DNA of 64,000 bases from Gemmatimonadales bacterium (GTDB lineage: Bacteria > Gemmatimonadota > Gemmatimonadetes > Gemmatimonadales > GWC2-71-9): the NCBI GenBank assembly GCA_041577295.1, contig JBFGJG010000023.1:1-64000 (forward strand), read 5' to 3'. Positions 39,016 through 48,141 of this stretch are shown here, in pieces. A program made the translations under genes and the position numbers. The notes under the pieces are model-generated. The model was not told the origin of the DNA and did no database searches. It was given only the letters and a program-made list of their open reading frames with translations. How positions within the stretch are numbered: position 1 is the stretch's first letter; the number at the start of each line of letters is the position of its first letter.

Positions 39016-39288
39016 TCAGCCGAGTTTCGATTCCATACGACGAACGATGGATTCCGCTCGCCGGCGCAGAATAGGATGTTCTTCCCAGGCCAGGTAATCG
39101 CGCAAGAGGCGTACCGCCTCAACACTCGGGTGCCCGTTCAGATAGCCCAGAGCCGACAGGCGGCGCAAGGGATGACCGCTAAACAAGTTGCGCCGGTACT
39201 TCCCCATGGAATGCTGGGCGAGTACGGCGCCGATTACGGTACCGACTCCGAACGCCATGAGCGCGGCCCTTGTCCGACGCCCCATCAT
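39016..39288 (-). CDS. Small membrane-anchored helical (HEAT-like) protein
   Basis: N-terminal hydrophobic helix; 4-nt overlap with the recR stop; 12 nt before mglB. Confidence 0.75.
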   Translation of the reverse strand: MMGRRTRAALMAFGVGTVIGAVLAQHSMGKYRRNLFSGHPLRRLSALGYLNGHPSVEAVRLLRDYLAWEEHPILRRRAESIVRRMESKLG

Positions 39289-39881
39289 GTGGCCATCTCC
39301 CGCCGGGCAGCCAAAGCCTGTGCAATCGTCACGCCGTCGGCGTATTCCAGATCGCCGCCCATGGGCAAGCCAAGCGCGATGCGGGTGATCCGCACACCAG
39401 CGTCCTCCAAGACTTCTCGGACGTAAGTCGCCGTGACTTCACCCTCCATCGACGGATTCGTCGCGACGATCACCTCGCGGACCCCGGAACCGTTGGAGAG
39501 CCTGGTCCGCAGCCCGGCGATGCGCAAATCGTCGGGCCCGACCCCATCGAGCGGAGAGAGGTGTCCGCCCAGCACGTGATACAGCCCGCGGTACTCCCCG
39601 GTCCGCTCGATCGGTAGGATATCTGAGGCTTCCTCCACGACGCACAGCAGACTGGTATCCCGGCGCGGGTCCGTACAGATACCGCACGGATCGGCCTCAC
39701 CGAGGTTCCCGCAAACGCCGCAGGGACGCACGCGCTCCGAGACGACGCGGATGGCGTTCGTCAGCCGCGCGACGACTTCCGGCGGTTGCTTCAACAGGAA
39801 GTACGTCAGACGTGTCGCGGTCTTCCGGCCGATGCCCGGCAACTTGCTGAGTTCGCCGGTGAGATCGTCGATTGCCGACAC
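39285..39881 (-). CDS. recR: Recombination mediator RecR
   Basis: LPGIG.K.A.R, C4 zinc finger, toprim VVE/YHVL.G, GDLEY.D..T. Confidence 0.97.
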   Translation of the reverse strand: MSAIDDLTGELSKLPGIGRKTATRLTYFLLKQPPEVVARLTNAIRVVSERVRPCGVCGNLGEADPCGICTDPRRDTSLLCVVEEASDILPIERTGEYRGLYHVLGGHLSPLDGVGPDDLRIAGLRTRLSNGSGVREVIVATNPSMEGEVTATYVREVLEDAGVRITRIALGLPMGGDLEYADGVTIAQALAARREMAT

Positions 39882-39883
39882 AC

Positions 39884-40201
39884 TCAGAGTGGAAACTGAA
39901 ACGGCAGGGGAATCCCGCCGGTCACCTTGCTCAATTCGCTGCGATAGAGTTCTTCGGCCTTCGTCTGGGCATCGTGGATCGCCGCGAGGACCAGATCCTC
40001 GAGCATCTCGAGATCTCCATCCGCCACGGCAGTTGGGTCGATCTTGATGGTCCGGATCTGTCCGCGCCCATTCGCGGAGGCCTTGACCATGCCACCACCC
40101 GCGGAGCCGGTCACGGTCCGCTGAGCGAGCTCAGTCTGCATTTGGGTTAGTCGGCCCTGCATCTGCTGACCGAGTTGAAGCAATTGCGAGAAATCAGGCA
40201 T
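39884..40201 (-). CDS. ybaB: YbaB/EbfC nucleoid-associated protein
   Basis: GSAGGGMV, D.EMLEDL..AA; dnaX-ybaB-recR order. Confidence 0.95.
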   Translation of the reverse strand: MPDFSQLLQLGQQMQGRLTQMQTELAQRTVTGSAGGGMVKASANGRGQIRTIKIDPTAVADGDLEMLEDLVLAAIHDAQTKAEELYRSELSKVTGGIPLPFQFPL

Positions 40202-40278
40202 CGGTTTTCGTCGCGTTCAAAGCCTTCATTATCAGTGGTTTGTGCAAGCTATCCCCGCCCCTGAGGCGCCGCAAGCAA

Positions 40279-41934
40279 TTACTCCAGCACCTCCAAATCG
40301 AGTGCCTCGGCAACCGTGTCGAGCGCCGCATCCTTCGCCCGCCACAGCTTGAGCCGCTCCTCCTGATCGGTAGCCCGATCGAGGCGGCGCGCTTCGGACG
40401 CCGGTTGCGGCTTTGGTGTTCGTTCACCGGCCTCGCACACGACGCGTAACACCCAGCCAGTCATCCGCTGAATGGCGTCCGCTACGTTATGCGCATGCTG
40501 CTGTAATCCACTCAAGTAGACGTCGCCCTCGGCCACCTGCAGCACCGCAACCCCATCCTCAACGGATGTGGGCGTCGCGTGGGCCAAGGCTTCCCGCACC
40601 ATCCGGCGGCGCTCTCCAACGGCTTCCAGCACAGCCGGCCACACCGCCCGCAAACCTGCAAGCGATGGGTCTTCATCGGCAGGCGGCGGCACCGGCGGAA
40701 GCGGTGGGGGACTGGCTGACTGCGACGATTGCTTCACTGGAGGCGCCGCGCGACCCGGGCCGGGCGGCGGTGAGGCTTTCGGCGGTATAGCTCGCCCGTG
40801 CAGAGCGGCGAGCACCTCTTCCAGCTCCACCGTCCGGTCCAACATCGTCCACTGGATCAGGAGTGTCTCAACGTGGAGCCGTACGTTGGGACTCCGCCGA
40901 ATCACGAGCTCGGCGTCGGCCAGGAGTTTGAGCATGCGGAGCACATCGCCCTCGCTGAGACTGCCGGCGTGGCGGTCAACGGCAGCACGCAACGCGCCGG
41001 TGAGCCCCTCCGGCTCCCCACCGAGCGTGCGCAACATGAGGGCACGCAGCGCCTCCCCTGCCCCATTCACGAACTCGACCAGGTCGGCACCTGCTTCCAC
41101 CAGACGGTCCACGAACGGAAAGACGTCCGTCGTCCGGTGTGCCACGATCATGTCGAGGAGTTGAGCGAAGACCTCGTCGTCGATGAGACCGAGTGCCTCA
41201 CGCACCCGCTCCGCCGTGACCGGCCCTTCGCCAAACACCAACGTTTGATCGAGCAGCGACAGGGCATCCCGCATCGCACCCGCGGCAACGCGGCCGATCA
41301 GCTGCGCAGCGTCTGACTCGAGTTCGATGCCTTCTTGCTCCGCCACGTAACGCAGCCGCTCGACGATGGCGTGGGGACCGATTCGGCGGAAATCGAACCG
41401 CTGTACCCGACTTAAAACCGGCGCGGCAGCGCTGGCGATCTTTTGCGGTTCGGTTGTCGCAAACACGAACACCACTCGGCTTGGTGGCTCCTCCAGAATC
41501 TTGAGGAGCGCATTCCAGGCCTCCCGGGTGAGCATGTGCGCCTCGTCGATGATGTACGCCTTATAGCCACCCTCGGCGCTTGCTGCGTACATCGCGCGTT
41601 CGCGCAGCTCCCGGGCGTCATCGACCCCACGGTTGCTCGCCGCATCGATCTCGACCACGTCCAGATTGGCCGCGCCAGCCCAGATGCGGCGGCATGCGTC
41701 GCACGCGCCACACGGCTCGCCGTCGCCGTCGTTGCGGCGCTCGCAGTTCAGGGCCATGGCAAGGATGCGGGCGGCCGTAGTCTTCCCCACGCCTCGCGGA
41801 CCGGTGAGGAGGTAGGCGTGGGCCACCCGGTGCTTCATCACTGCACCGGCCAGGCCCGTTGCGACGTGGTCCTGGGCGATGAGCTCCGAAAAACGGGTCG
41901 GTCGATACTTACGGGCGAGTGCAGTGCGTGACAT
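40279..41934 (-). CDS. dnaX: DNA polymerase III subunit gamma/tau
   Basis: LARKYRP, GPRGVGKTT, Cys cluster, EIDAASNRG, IIDEAHML, NALLK.LEEP. Confidence 0.97.
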   Translation of the reverse strand: MSRTALARKYRPTRFSELIAQDHVATGLAGAVMKHRVAHAYLLTGPRGVGKTTAARILAMALNCERRNDGDGEPCGACDACRRIWAGAANLDVVEIDAASNRGVDDARELRERAMYAASAEGGYKAYIIDEAHMLTREAWNALLKILEEPPSRVVFVFATTEPQKIASAAAPVLSRVQRFDFRRIGPHAIVERLRYVAEQEGIELESDAAQLIGRVAAGAMRDALSLLDQTLVFGEGPVTAERVREALGLIDDEVFAQLLDMIVAHRTTDVFPFVDRLVEAGADLVEFVNGAGEALRALMLRTLGGEPEGLTGALRAAVDRHAGSLSEGDVLRMLKLLADAELVIRRSPNVRLHVETLLIQWTMLDRTVELEEVLAALHGRAIPPKASPPPGPGRAAPPVKQSSQSASPPPLPPVPPPADEDPSLAGLRAVWPAVLEAVGERRRMVREALAHATPTSVEDGVAVLQVAEGDVYLSGLQQHAHNVADAIQRMTGWVLRVVCEAGERTPKPQPASEARRLDRATDQEERLKLWRAKDAALDTVAEALDLEVLE

Positions 41935-41945
41935 TAGAGCAAAAA

Positions 41946-42047
41946 GGCCCCAGGCTCCCCGAAGCGACGCTCGTCATCGCTTAGCGCTGCTACCTTCACG
42001 GTCCTGACGCGGTTCGCGCGCCAGCGCCCTCCGGACCTGGGGCACCC
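41946..42047 (-). ncRNA. ffs: Signal recognition particle RNA (small, 4.5S type)
   Basis: Minus strand reads GAACCGCGUCAGGACCGUGAAGGUAGCAGCGC within a long hairpin closed by GCCCCAGG/CCUGGGGC, then a U-run; lies upstream of dnaX; TTGCCG-16-TAGTTT promoter-like sequence upstream. Confidence 0.93.
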
Positions 42048-42096
42048 GAAAACTAGTCCTGGTGCATGCGGCGGCAAAGGGCGTGAACCAAGTCGC

Positions 42097-43545
42097 CTAC
42101 AGATGGCCACCCCAGCGCGACCAGGCTCCTGGGATGACCAGCACCAGGAGCGTGTAGAATTCGAGCCGACCCAGCAACATCAGCAGTGATAGGATGACGT
42201 GAGCGAGGCTTCCGAGGTCACCATAGTGACCCGTCGGCCCCACCGCGCCGAGCCCTGGCCCGATGCTGGACATCGCTGCGAGCGACGCGCTGGTGGCAGT
42301 CACGATGTCATTTCCGAGCGCGGCGAGCAACACCGTGCCAATCCCGTGCGTCAACATGTAAAGCGCCAGAAACGCCAGCACGTTCTGGAGGATGTCGGTA
42401 CGAATGGGACGGTTTCCGAGCTTCATGGCATAGACGGCGCGGGGGTGCAGGGTCTTCCGCACTTCGTTCGCCGCGTGTTTGAGCACCACCACCGCGCGCA
42501 CCACCTTGAACCCGCCACCTGTCGAGCCCCCCATGGCGCCAACGAACATCAGACCGAGAAGCACCACCTGACAGACCGCGGGCCACAGCGCAAAATCGGC
42601 CGTGACAAACCCGGTCGTGGTGTGCACCGCCGTCACGTTGAACACCGCGCGACGCAGCACGTCGCCTCCCCAGTCTCCTCCGGTCAACCCGAGCGAGAGG
42701 AAAACGACCAGGGAGGCACTGGCGGTACCAGCGACGTACCAGCGCCACTCGGCATCCCTGAGCCAGGCGTTGAGTCGACCCGTGAGGAACCGATAGTGCA
42801 GCGTGAAGTTCGTACCCGCGATGATCATGAAGATGACCGTGACCCATTGGATAGCGCCCGAAAACGCTCCAAGGGACGCCGTTCGCGTCGAGAATCCGCC
42901 GGTTGCCAGCGTGCTCATCGCGTGGTTCACAGCCTCGAACACCGACATGCCCAGCAGGACGTACACGACGGCCAGCAGCGCCGTGAAGAGCAAATAGACG
43001 CCCCATAGTAGGCGGGCGGTCGAGGCGATGCGGGGCTTCAGGCGCTCGCTCGGCACGCCGGGCGCTTCGGCACGAAACAGCTGCGCGCCACCCATGCCAA
43101 TCATCGGGAGGATCGCCACGCCGAGCACGATGATGCCCATCCCCCCGAGCCAGTGCGATACGCTGCGCCAGAGGAGAATGCTGTTTGGAAGCGCTTCGAT
43201 GTCCGCAAAGACCGTCGCGCCGGTGGTCGTGAACCCCGAGACGGACTCGAAGAGCGCCGCCGGGATCGTGGGTGCCACTCCGGTAAAGATGAACGGGAAG
43301 CTGCCGACGAGCACAACCCCCACCCACCCGAGCCCGACGACCGCAAGGCCTTCGCGCGGGTTGATCGAGATGTCGCCGCGGGTGATCCACCACAGACCCC
43401 CTCCAACCGCCGCGGTCACGACGATGGATGCGATCCACGGCCACAGCAACCCGTCGCTCACCGCGTAGCCGAGTGGGACCACCATCGCCGCCGCGGTCCA
43501 CACGAGCAGCGCAGCGACAACGTGGAGAACCTCGAAGATGTTCAC
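42097..43545 (-). CDS. trkH: Trk potassium uptake membrane protein
   Basis: FES.SGFTTTG, WLGGMG, ATGGF, TTTGF, GST.GG.K..R, GRLE. Confidence 0.95.
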   Translation of the reverse strand: MNIFEVLHVVAALLVWTAAAMVVPLGYAVSDGLLWPWIASIVVTAAVGGGLWWITRGDISINPREGLAVVGLGWVGVVLVGSFPFIFTGVAPTIPAALFESVSGFTTTGATVFADIEALPNSILLWRSVSHWLGGMGIIVLGVAILPMIGMGGAQLFRAEAPGVPSERLKPRIASTARLLWGVYLLFTALLAVVYVLLGMSVFEAVNHAMSTLATGGFSTRTASLGAFSGAIQWVTVIFMIIAGTNFTLHYRFLTGRLNAWLRDAEWRWYVAGTASASLVVFLSLGLTGGDWGGDVLRRAVFNVTAVHTTTGFVTADFALWPAVCQVVLLGLMFVGAMGGSTGGGFKVVRAVVVLKHAANEVRKTLHPRAVYAMKLGNRPIRTDILQNVLAFLALYMLTHGIGTVLLAALGNDIVTATSASLAAMSSIGPGLGAVGPTGHYGDLGSLAHVILSLLMLLGRLEFYTLLVLVIPGAWSRWGGHL

Positions 43546-44888
43546 GAAGGAAAGAGCCGAGTAACAGCACGCACCGCGTCGGGGAGAGCAAACACGATCG
43601 CCGTATCGCCGTTCTTCAGGACGTCACGACCGCGTGGCACTCGCACCTCGTCGCCCCGCACGATGGCAGCGACGATGGCGCCGCTGGGAAACTTTGCTTC
43701 CGCGAGTGGCTTGCCATGCAATGGAGAGGACGCCGAGACATGGAAGGAGATCGCCTCCGCCTTGCTGTCCCGAAACGTTGCGACACGGGTAACGCTTCCG
43801 CGCCGTACATACCGTAGGATCGCGTTCGCGGCCGACAGCCGTGGGCTCACGACGGCGTCGATACCGACCCGGCGTGCCACCGGTAGGTATTGGATCTGAT
43901 TCACCAGGGTGATGACCTGCCTGGCTCCCGCCTGCTTCGCGACCATCGCCGACAGGATGTTCGTCTCGTCGTGCTCGGTCAGCGTCACAAACCCATCCAC
44001 GCCCCCAACACCCTCGAGCTCGAGCAGCTCGACGTCCGTGGCGCTGCCTTGCAGGATCAGCGTTTGATCGAGCTTCTCCGCCAGCTCCAGCGCGCGGCCA
44101 CGATCCTTGACCAACATGATGGCCTGCACGCCGTGATGTTGCAGGAGCTGTGCGAGATAAAAGGCTTCATCGCTGCCACCGGCGATCATGACCCGCCGCA
44201 GGGCGCTTGGCTCGTGGCCGCACAATCGAAGCGCACGCGACAGGTCCGACGCCGGTGCGACCACATAGAGCTGATCCCCGGGCAGCACGCGGGTGGTGCC
44301 GGAGGGTACCAGCGTTTCCCCTGCTCGCTCGATCGCGACCGTGAGCATCGATTGATGTATCTCGTCTCCACCGATGTCGGCGAGCCGGCGGTTGGCGATT
44401 GGGGCATCCGGGGCAACGCGTAACGCGACAACTTCCACGGCACCGTCGGCAAACACCGCGATGTCCGTGGCCGCAGTCGATTGAAGCAGCCGGATCGTCT
44501 CAAGGGCAAGCTCGCGCTTGGGGTTGATCATCACGTCCACCCCAAATCGCTCTGGCTGCAGATGCTGTTTCTCGAGATAGAAGTTGGGATTCGAGACGCG
44601 GGCGACTTTGACGAGCGACGCCGTGCCACGCGCACTCATGCAGCACACCAGATTGACCTCGTCCACGTTGGTCACGGCGATCAGCAGACTGGCCTCTTTG
44701 AGTCCCGCGCGCTCGAGGACCGCAGGGCTCACACCACTCCCCTCGACAATCGCAACATCCAGATGGCTCGAGACGTAGTCGAGACGCTCCGCGCTCACGT
44801 CCACCACCACCACGTCTTCTTGTTCACTCGCGAGCCGTTCCGCCACGTGAAAGCCCACCTCACCCGCGCCCACCACGATGATGCGCAT
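43542..44888 (-). CDS. trkA: Trk system RCK regulatory subunit
   Basis: MRIIVVGAGEVG start at 44888; tandem RCK domains. Confidence 0.93.
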   Translation of the reverse strand: MRIIVVGAGEVGFHVAERLASEQEDVVVVDVSAERLDYVSSHLDVAIVEGSGVSPAVLERAGLKEASLLIAVTNVDEVNLVCCMSARGTASLVKVARVSNPNFYLEKQHLQPERFGVDVMINPKRELALETIRLLQSTAATDIAVFADGAVEVVALRVAPDAPIANRRLADIGGDEIHQSMLTVAIERAGETLVPSGTTRVLPGDQLYVVAPASDLSRALRLCGHEPSALRRVMIAGGSDEAFYLAQLLQHHGVQAIMLVKDRGRALELAEKLDQTLILQGSATDVELLELEGVGGVDGFVTLTEHDETNILSAMVAKQAGARQVITLVNQIQYLPVARRVGIDAVVSPRLSAANAILRYVRRGSVTRVATFRDSKAEAISFHVSASSPLHGKPLAEAKFPSGAIVAAIVRGDEVRVPRGRDVLKNGDTAIVFALPDAVRAVTRLFPS

Positions 44889-44890
44889 GG

Positions 44891-45934
44891 CTACCCTTTC
44901 TCGAATACCCGAGCGATGGTCTCCGCAGCGAACACGACGTCGTCGTGCGAAACATCCAGATGTGTCACGCAGCGTAGCCGACGCGCGCCGAACGGAACCA
45001 CCAGGACCCTGGCTTCTGCGAGCCGGGCGACCGCGGCCGCCGCGGTCATGCCCACACCGATCAGATCTAACATGACGATGTTGGTGTCCGGCGGGACCGG
45101 TCGGATCCAAGGATGGTCCTTCAGGATGGCGGCAAGGCGCTGGGCCTTCAGGTGCTCGTCAGCGAGACACGGCAGGGTGTGCTCCAGCGCGTAGAGCCCC
45201 GCAGCCGCGAGGACGCCGGATTGTCGCATCCCACCCCCGAGTCGGCGTCGCACCTCTTTGGCGTGCTCGATGAAGGACGCCGAAGCAGCTACGCAACTCC
45301 CAACTGGGCACCCGAGCCCCTTGGAAAGCGAGACCATCACTGAGCTTGCGCCACGAGCAACCCGTGCCGGGGGCACCTCGAGCGCCACGGCGGCGTGCCA
45401 CAACCGAGCACCGTCCAGATGCAGCGGTACGCGCTGCTCGCGTGCCTCGGCGACCACGGCATCCCACATGGACAGCGGCATCACGCGACCACCCGCCGCA
45501 TTGTGGGTGTTCTCGATCGCTACGGCGGTGACACGGGGGAGATGCGGCGAGGGCTGACGCCACGCTTCACGGATGTGTGATGCCGACAGCAGCCCGTCGT
45601 CTGTGGCCACGGCGCGGACTTGGACCCCCGCGAGTGCCGCTAAGGCCGCCTTCTCGAAGTGCACGAGATGACTGTTCGCCTCCAGGATGACTTCGGTGCC
45701 GGGTTCGGTGTGGACCCAGATGGCCGTCTGATTCGCCTGCGTGCCGGAGGGGAAAAAGAGCGCGGCAGGCATGTCCAGCAGCTCGGCGACGCGCGCCTCG
45801 AGCCGGCGGGTGGTGGGGTCACCATCGAGTACATCGTCCCCCACCTCGGCTTCCGCGATCGCGCGACGCATCGCGGGTGAGGGACGGGTCACCGTATCAC
45901 TGCGGAGATCGATGGGGGGGCGCTGCGTCGTCAC
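44891..45934 (-). CDS. ltaE: Low-specificity L-threonine aldolase
   Basis: DLRSDTVT.P, GDDV...DPT, ENTHN, HLDGAR, SKGLG.PVG, GGGMRQ.G. Confidence 0.95.
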   Translation of the reverse strand: MTTQRPPIDLRSDTVTRPSPAMRRAIAEAEVGDDVLDGDPTTRRLEARVAELLDMPAALFFPSGTQANQTAIWVHTEPGTEVILEANSHLVHFEKAALAALAGVQVRAVATDDGLLSASHIREAWRQPSPHLPRVTAVAIENTHNAAGGRVMPLSMWDAVVAEAREQRVPLHLDGARLWHAAVALEVPPARVARGASSVMVSLSKGLGCPVGSCVAASASFIEHAKEVRRRLGGGMRQSGVLAAAGLYALEHTLPCLADEHLKAQRLAAILKDHPWIRPVPPDTNIVMLDLIGVGMTAAAAVARLAEARVLVVPFGARRLRCVTHLDVSHDDVVFAAETIARVFEKG

Positions 45935-45944
45935 CGCCAGCGCC

Positions 45945-46802
45945 TCATCCGAGCACGGCCCGTTGCTCTCGTTGCCGGCGCATCAAGTCGTAGGTTTCCG
46001 CCACCTCGCCTCCCAGCAAAAAGACACATGCGGTGAAGTAGATCCACACGACGAAGAGCAAGGCCGCGATCGCGTTGGCGTTGGAGATCAGGCGATCCAC
46101 CGTGGCGAAGTTGGCGAGGTACACACCGTACAATCCCTTGGCGATCTCGAACCCCAACGAGGCCACCGCAGCCGCCACGATCGCGGTATCCCACGGGATG
46201 CGTCGCGAGGGTGCGATGGTGTACACCAGATAGAACAGCACGACACCGATCGCGAAGGTGGAGAGCTGCGTGACGAATCTCCCAAACCATGGCTCGTCGG
46301 CCGCGAGCAACGAGAAGATCGTGTTCGCAACGATCAACGCCGCGGCGATGACGACCAGCACGAAATCGAGGGCCTTCCCCACGAAATAATGCCGGGACTC
46401 CTCCGTGTCGAAGACCTCGTTGAGCGCATTCCGCGCGCTGCTGAACGCGCGGGTCGCGAACCAAATAAACAGCGGGATACCAACGATGGAGAACTCGCCA
46501 CGACTCTCGACGATGCCGGCGATCAGCTCCTCGGCACGGCGGAACGGATCGGTCGAGTTCGGTGTCGAGGGTAGCAACAGATTGACAATGCGCAAGACAT
46601 CGTCGAGGGCGGCTCCGCTCGATTCGACAACGTAGCCGAGGGCGGCAAGGACGAGGAGGAAAAATGGTAAAGAGGCGAGCAACGTATCGAAGGAAACCGC
46701 GCTCGCCAGAAACAGGACGTTGTCCTCGTATGCGCCTACGAACACGCGACGCAGAAACCCAATGGGCGAAAACGCCCAACCCCGTCGCGTGAGTGCGCTC
46801 AA
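45945..46802 (-). CDS. YihY/BrkB family membrane protein
   Basis: Multi-TM; A....F..LL...P, ALNEVF, WIY......LLG.E. Confidence 0.88.
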   Translation of the reverse strand: MSALTRRGWAFSPIGFLRRVFVGAYEDNVLFLASAVSFDTLLASLPFFLLVLAALGYVVESSGAALDDVLRIVNLLLPSTPNSTDPFRRAEELIAGIVESRGEFSIVGIPLFIWFATRAFSSARNALNEVFDTEESRHYFVGKALDFVLVVIAAALIVANTIFSLLAADEPWFGRFVTQLSTFAIGVVLFYLVYTIAPSRRIPWDTAIVAAAVASLGFEIAKGLYGVYLANFATVDRLISNANAIAALLFVVWIYFTACVFLLGGEVAETYDLMRRQREQRAVLG

Positions 46803-46829
46803 CTTACGATCGTGAGACGACCTCGCCTA

Positions 46830-47258
46830 CTAGGCCTCGGATTCCGCCGACGGCGAAGCGGCCTTGCCGCCCCGCGTGGAGCGGGCCTCGTGCAGCCTGC
46901 GCTCCAGTTCGTCACGGGCCGAATGCACGGCGGCCTTACCCGCATCCAACGCATCCTTGGCTCCGGCTTTGGTCTCGGCAATCGAGCGACGCGCCGTTTC
47001 AAACCCCTCTTCCACTCGGGTCCGCGCCTTTTCGTATCCGTCTTCCACCCTACCCTGCAATGCCTCGGCCGTGGCGCCCGCCGCCTCCTTGAGGCGACGA
47101 CCACGCTCGCGGAGCACCTCCCGCGTCTCTTCTCCGCTCTGCGGGGCCAGGAGCAACGCGAGACCGCCGCCGACGATCAGGCCAATCAGGAACGCGCCGA
47201 GACCGCCACTCGAACGCTCAACGACGATCACCGGTGATTCTTCACGCACATGCTTCAT
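46830..47258 (-). CDS. YtxH-domain protein
   Basis: FL.G...G..LALL.APQSGEETR followed by a charged helical tail; GAGGAG RBS before ATG 47258. Confidence 0.88.
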   Translation of the reverse strand: MKHVREESPVIVVERSSGGLGAFLIGLIVGGGLALLLAPQSGEETREVLRERGRRLKEAAGATAEALQGRVEDGYEKARTRVEEGFETARRSIAETKAGAKDALDAGKAAVHSARDELERRLHEARSTRGGKAASPSAESEA

Positions 47259-47311
47259 TGGTTCTCCTCGGGAATGCTCTTCCACACTGTCCCTCCCACT
47301 TTCCACGGGGA

Positions 47312-47340
47312 AATCTACCGCCCCGCAAATCGGCCGTCAA
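47312..47340 (-). promoter_or_regulatory. Sigma70-type promoter for the ytxH-yihY-ltaE-trkAH segment
   Basis: TTGACG-17 nt-TAGATT on minus strand. Confidence 0.65.
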
Positions 47341-47364
47341 AGATTGGCGTCCGCGATTGCGTCA

Positions 47365-48141
47365 TCAGAAATGGATACTCATGCCATCGTAAGCAGGCTC
47401 CACCCCTTCCGGCAGCCGCGCGGCCAGCTGGGAATGCGAGTACCGGTGGCTGAGGTGGGTCAGCACCGTCCGACGAGCACCGAGCCGCTGACCGAGTTCC
47501 ACCGCTTCCGGTATCGACAGATGCGTCGGATGCGGGCGCTCGAACAACGCATTGACCACGAGCAGCCGCACACCGTCGAGAGCCGCCAACGCGTCCGCCG
47601 ATACGTGCTTCACATCCGTGAGATACCCAAGGTCGCCGAAGCGATAGCCGTACACGGGCATGCCGCCGTGATCGAACTCGATGGGGAGCACGCGCATGCC
47701 AGCAACCGAAACCTCGGCCCCCGCCCTGAGTGGTTCCACCCGGAGGCGGGGCTTCGACGTCCCCTCCGGGGGCACCACGTTCGCATCGAAAATGTAGGGA
47801 AATCGCTGCTCGAGGCGTTTCAGGGTCGCTGGTGGCCCGTAAAGGGGCAATTCGCCCTGCCGTGCCGACAGCGCCCGCAAATCGTCGATACCATGCACAT
47901 GGTCGGCATGTTCGTGCGTATAGAGCACCGCATCCACCCGCGGGATGCACGCACGCACCAGCTGGAGGCGGAGCTCAGGAGGGGTATCGATGAGCACGCG
48001 CGTGTTTCCGAATTCGACAATCGCCGCGACACGCGTCCGCCGGTCTCGTGGATCATCCGACTGACAAACCGGACAATCGCACCCGATGACGGGGACGCCA
48101 AACGAGGTGCCGGATCCTAAGACGACGAGTCGCGCGCTCAC
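47365..48141 (-). CDS. MBL-fold metallo-hydrolase (PhnP-like)
   Basis: LGSGTS.GVP..GC.C.VC, THEHADHVHG.DD, YLTD, THLSH. Confidence 0.92.
   Translation of the reverse strand: MSARLVVLGSGTSFGVPVIGCDCPVCQSDDPRDRRTRVAAIVEFGNTRVLIDTPPELRLQLVRACIPRVDAVLYTHEHADHVHGIDDLRALSARQGELPLYGPPATLKRLEQRFPYIFDANVVPPEGTSKPRLRVEPLRAGAEVSVAGMRVLPIEFDHGGMPVYGYRFGDLGYLTDVKHVSADALAALDGVRLLVVNALFERPHPTHLSIPEAVELGQRLGARRTVLTHLSHRYSHSQLAARLPEGVEPAYDGMSIHF

Noticed and set aside
42308..43591. Long alternative-frame or antisense ORFs (this 427-aa ORF, also 46864-48120, 25626-26711, 1288-2307, 34124-35080)
   Set aside because: They overlap well-supported genes and show no recognisable motifs; expected shadows in high-GC DNA.
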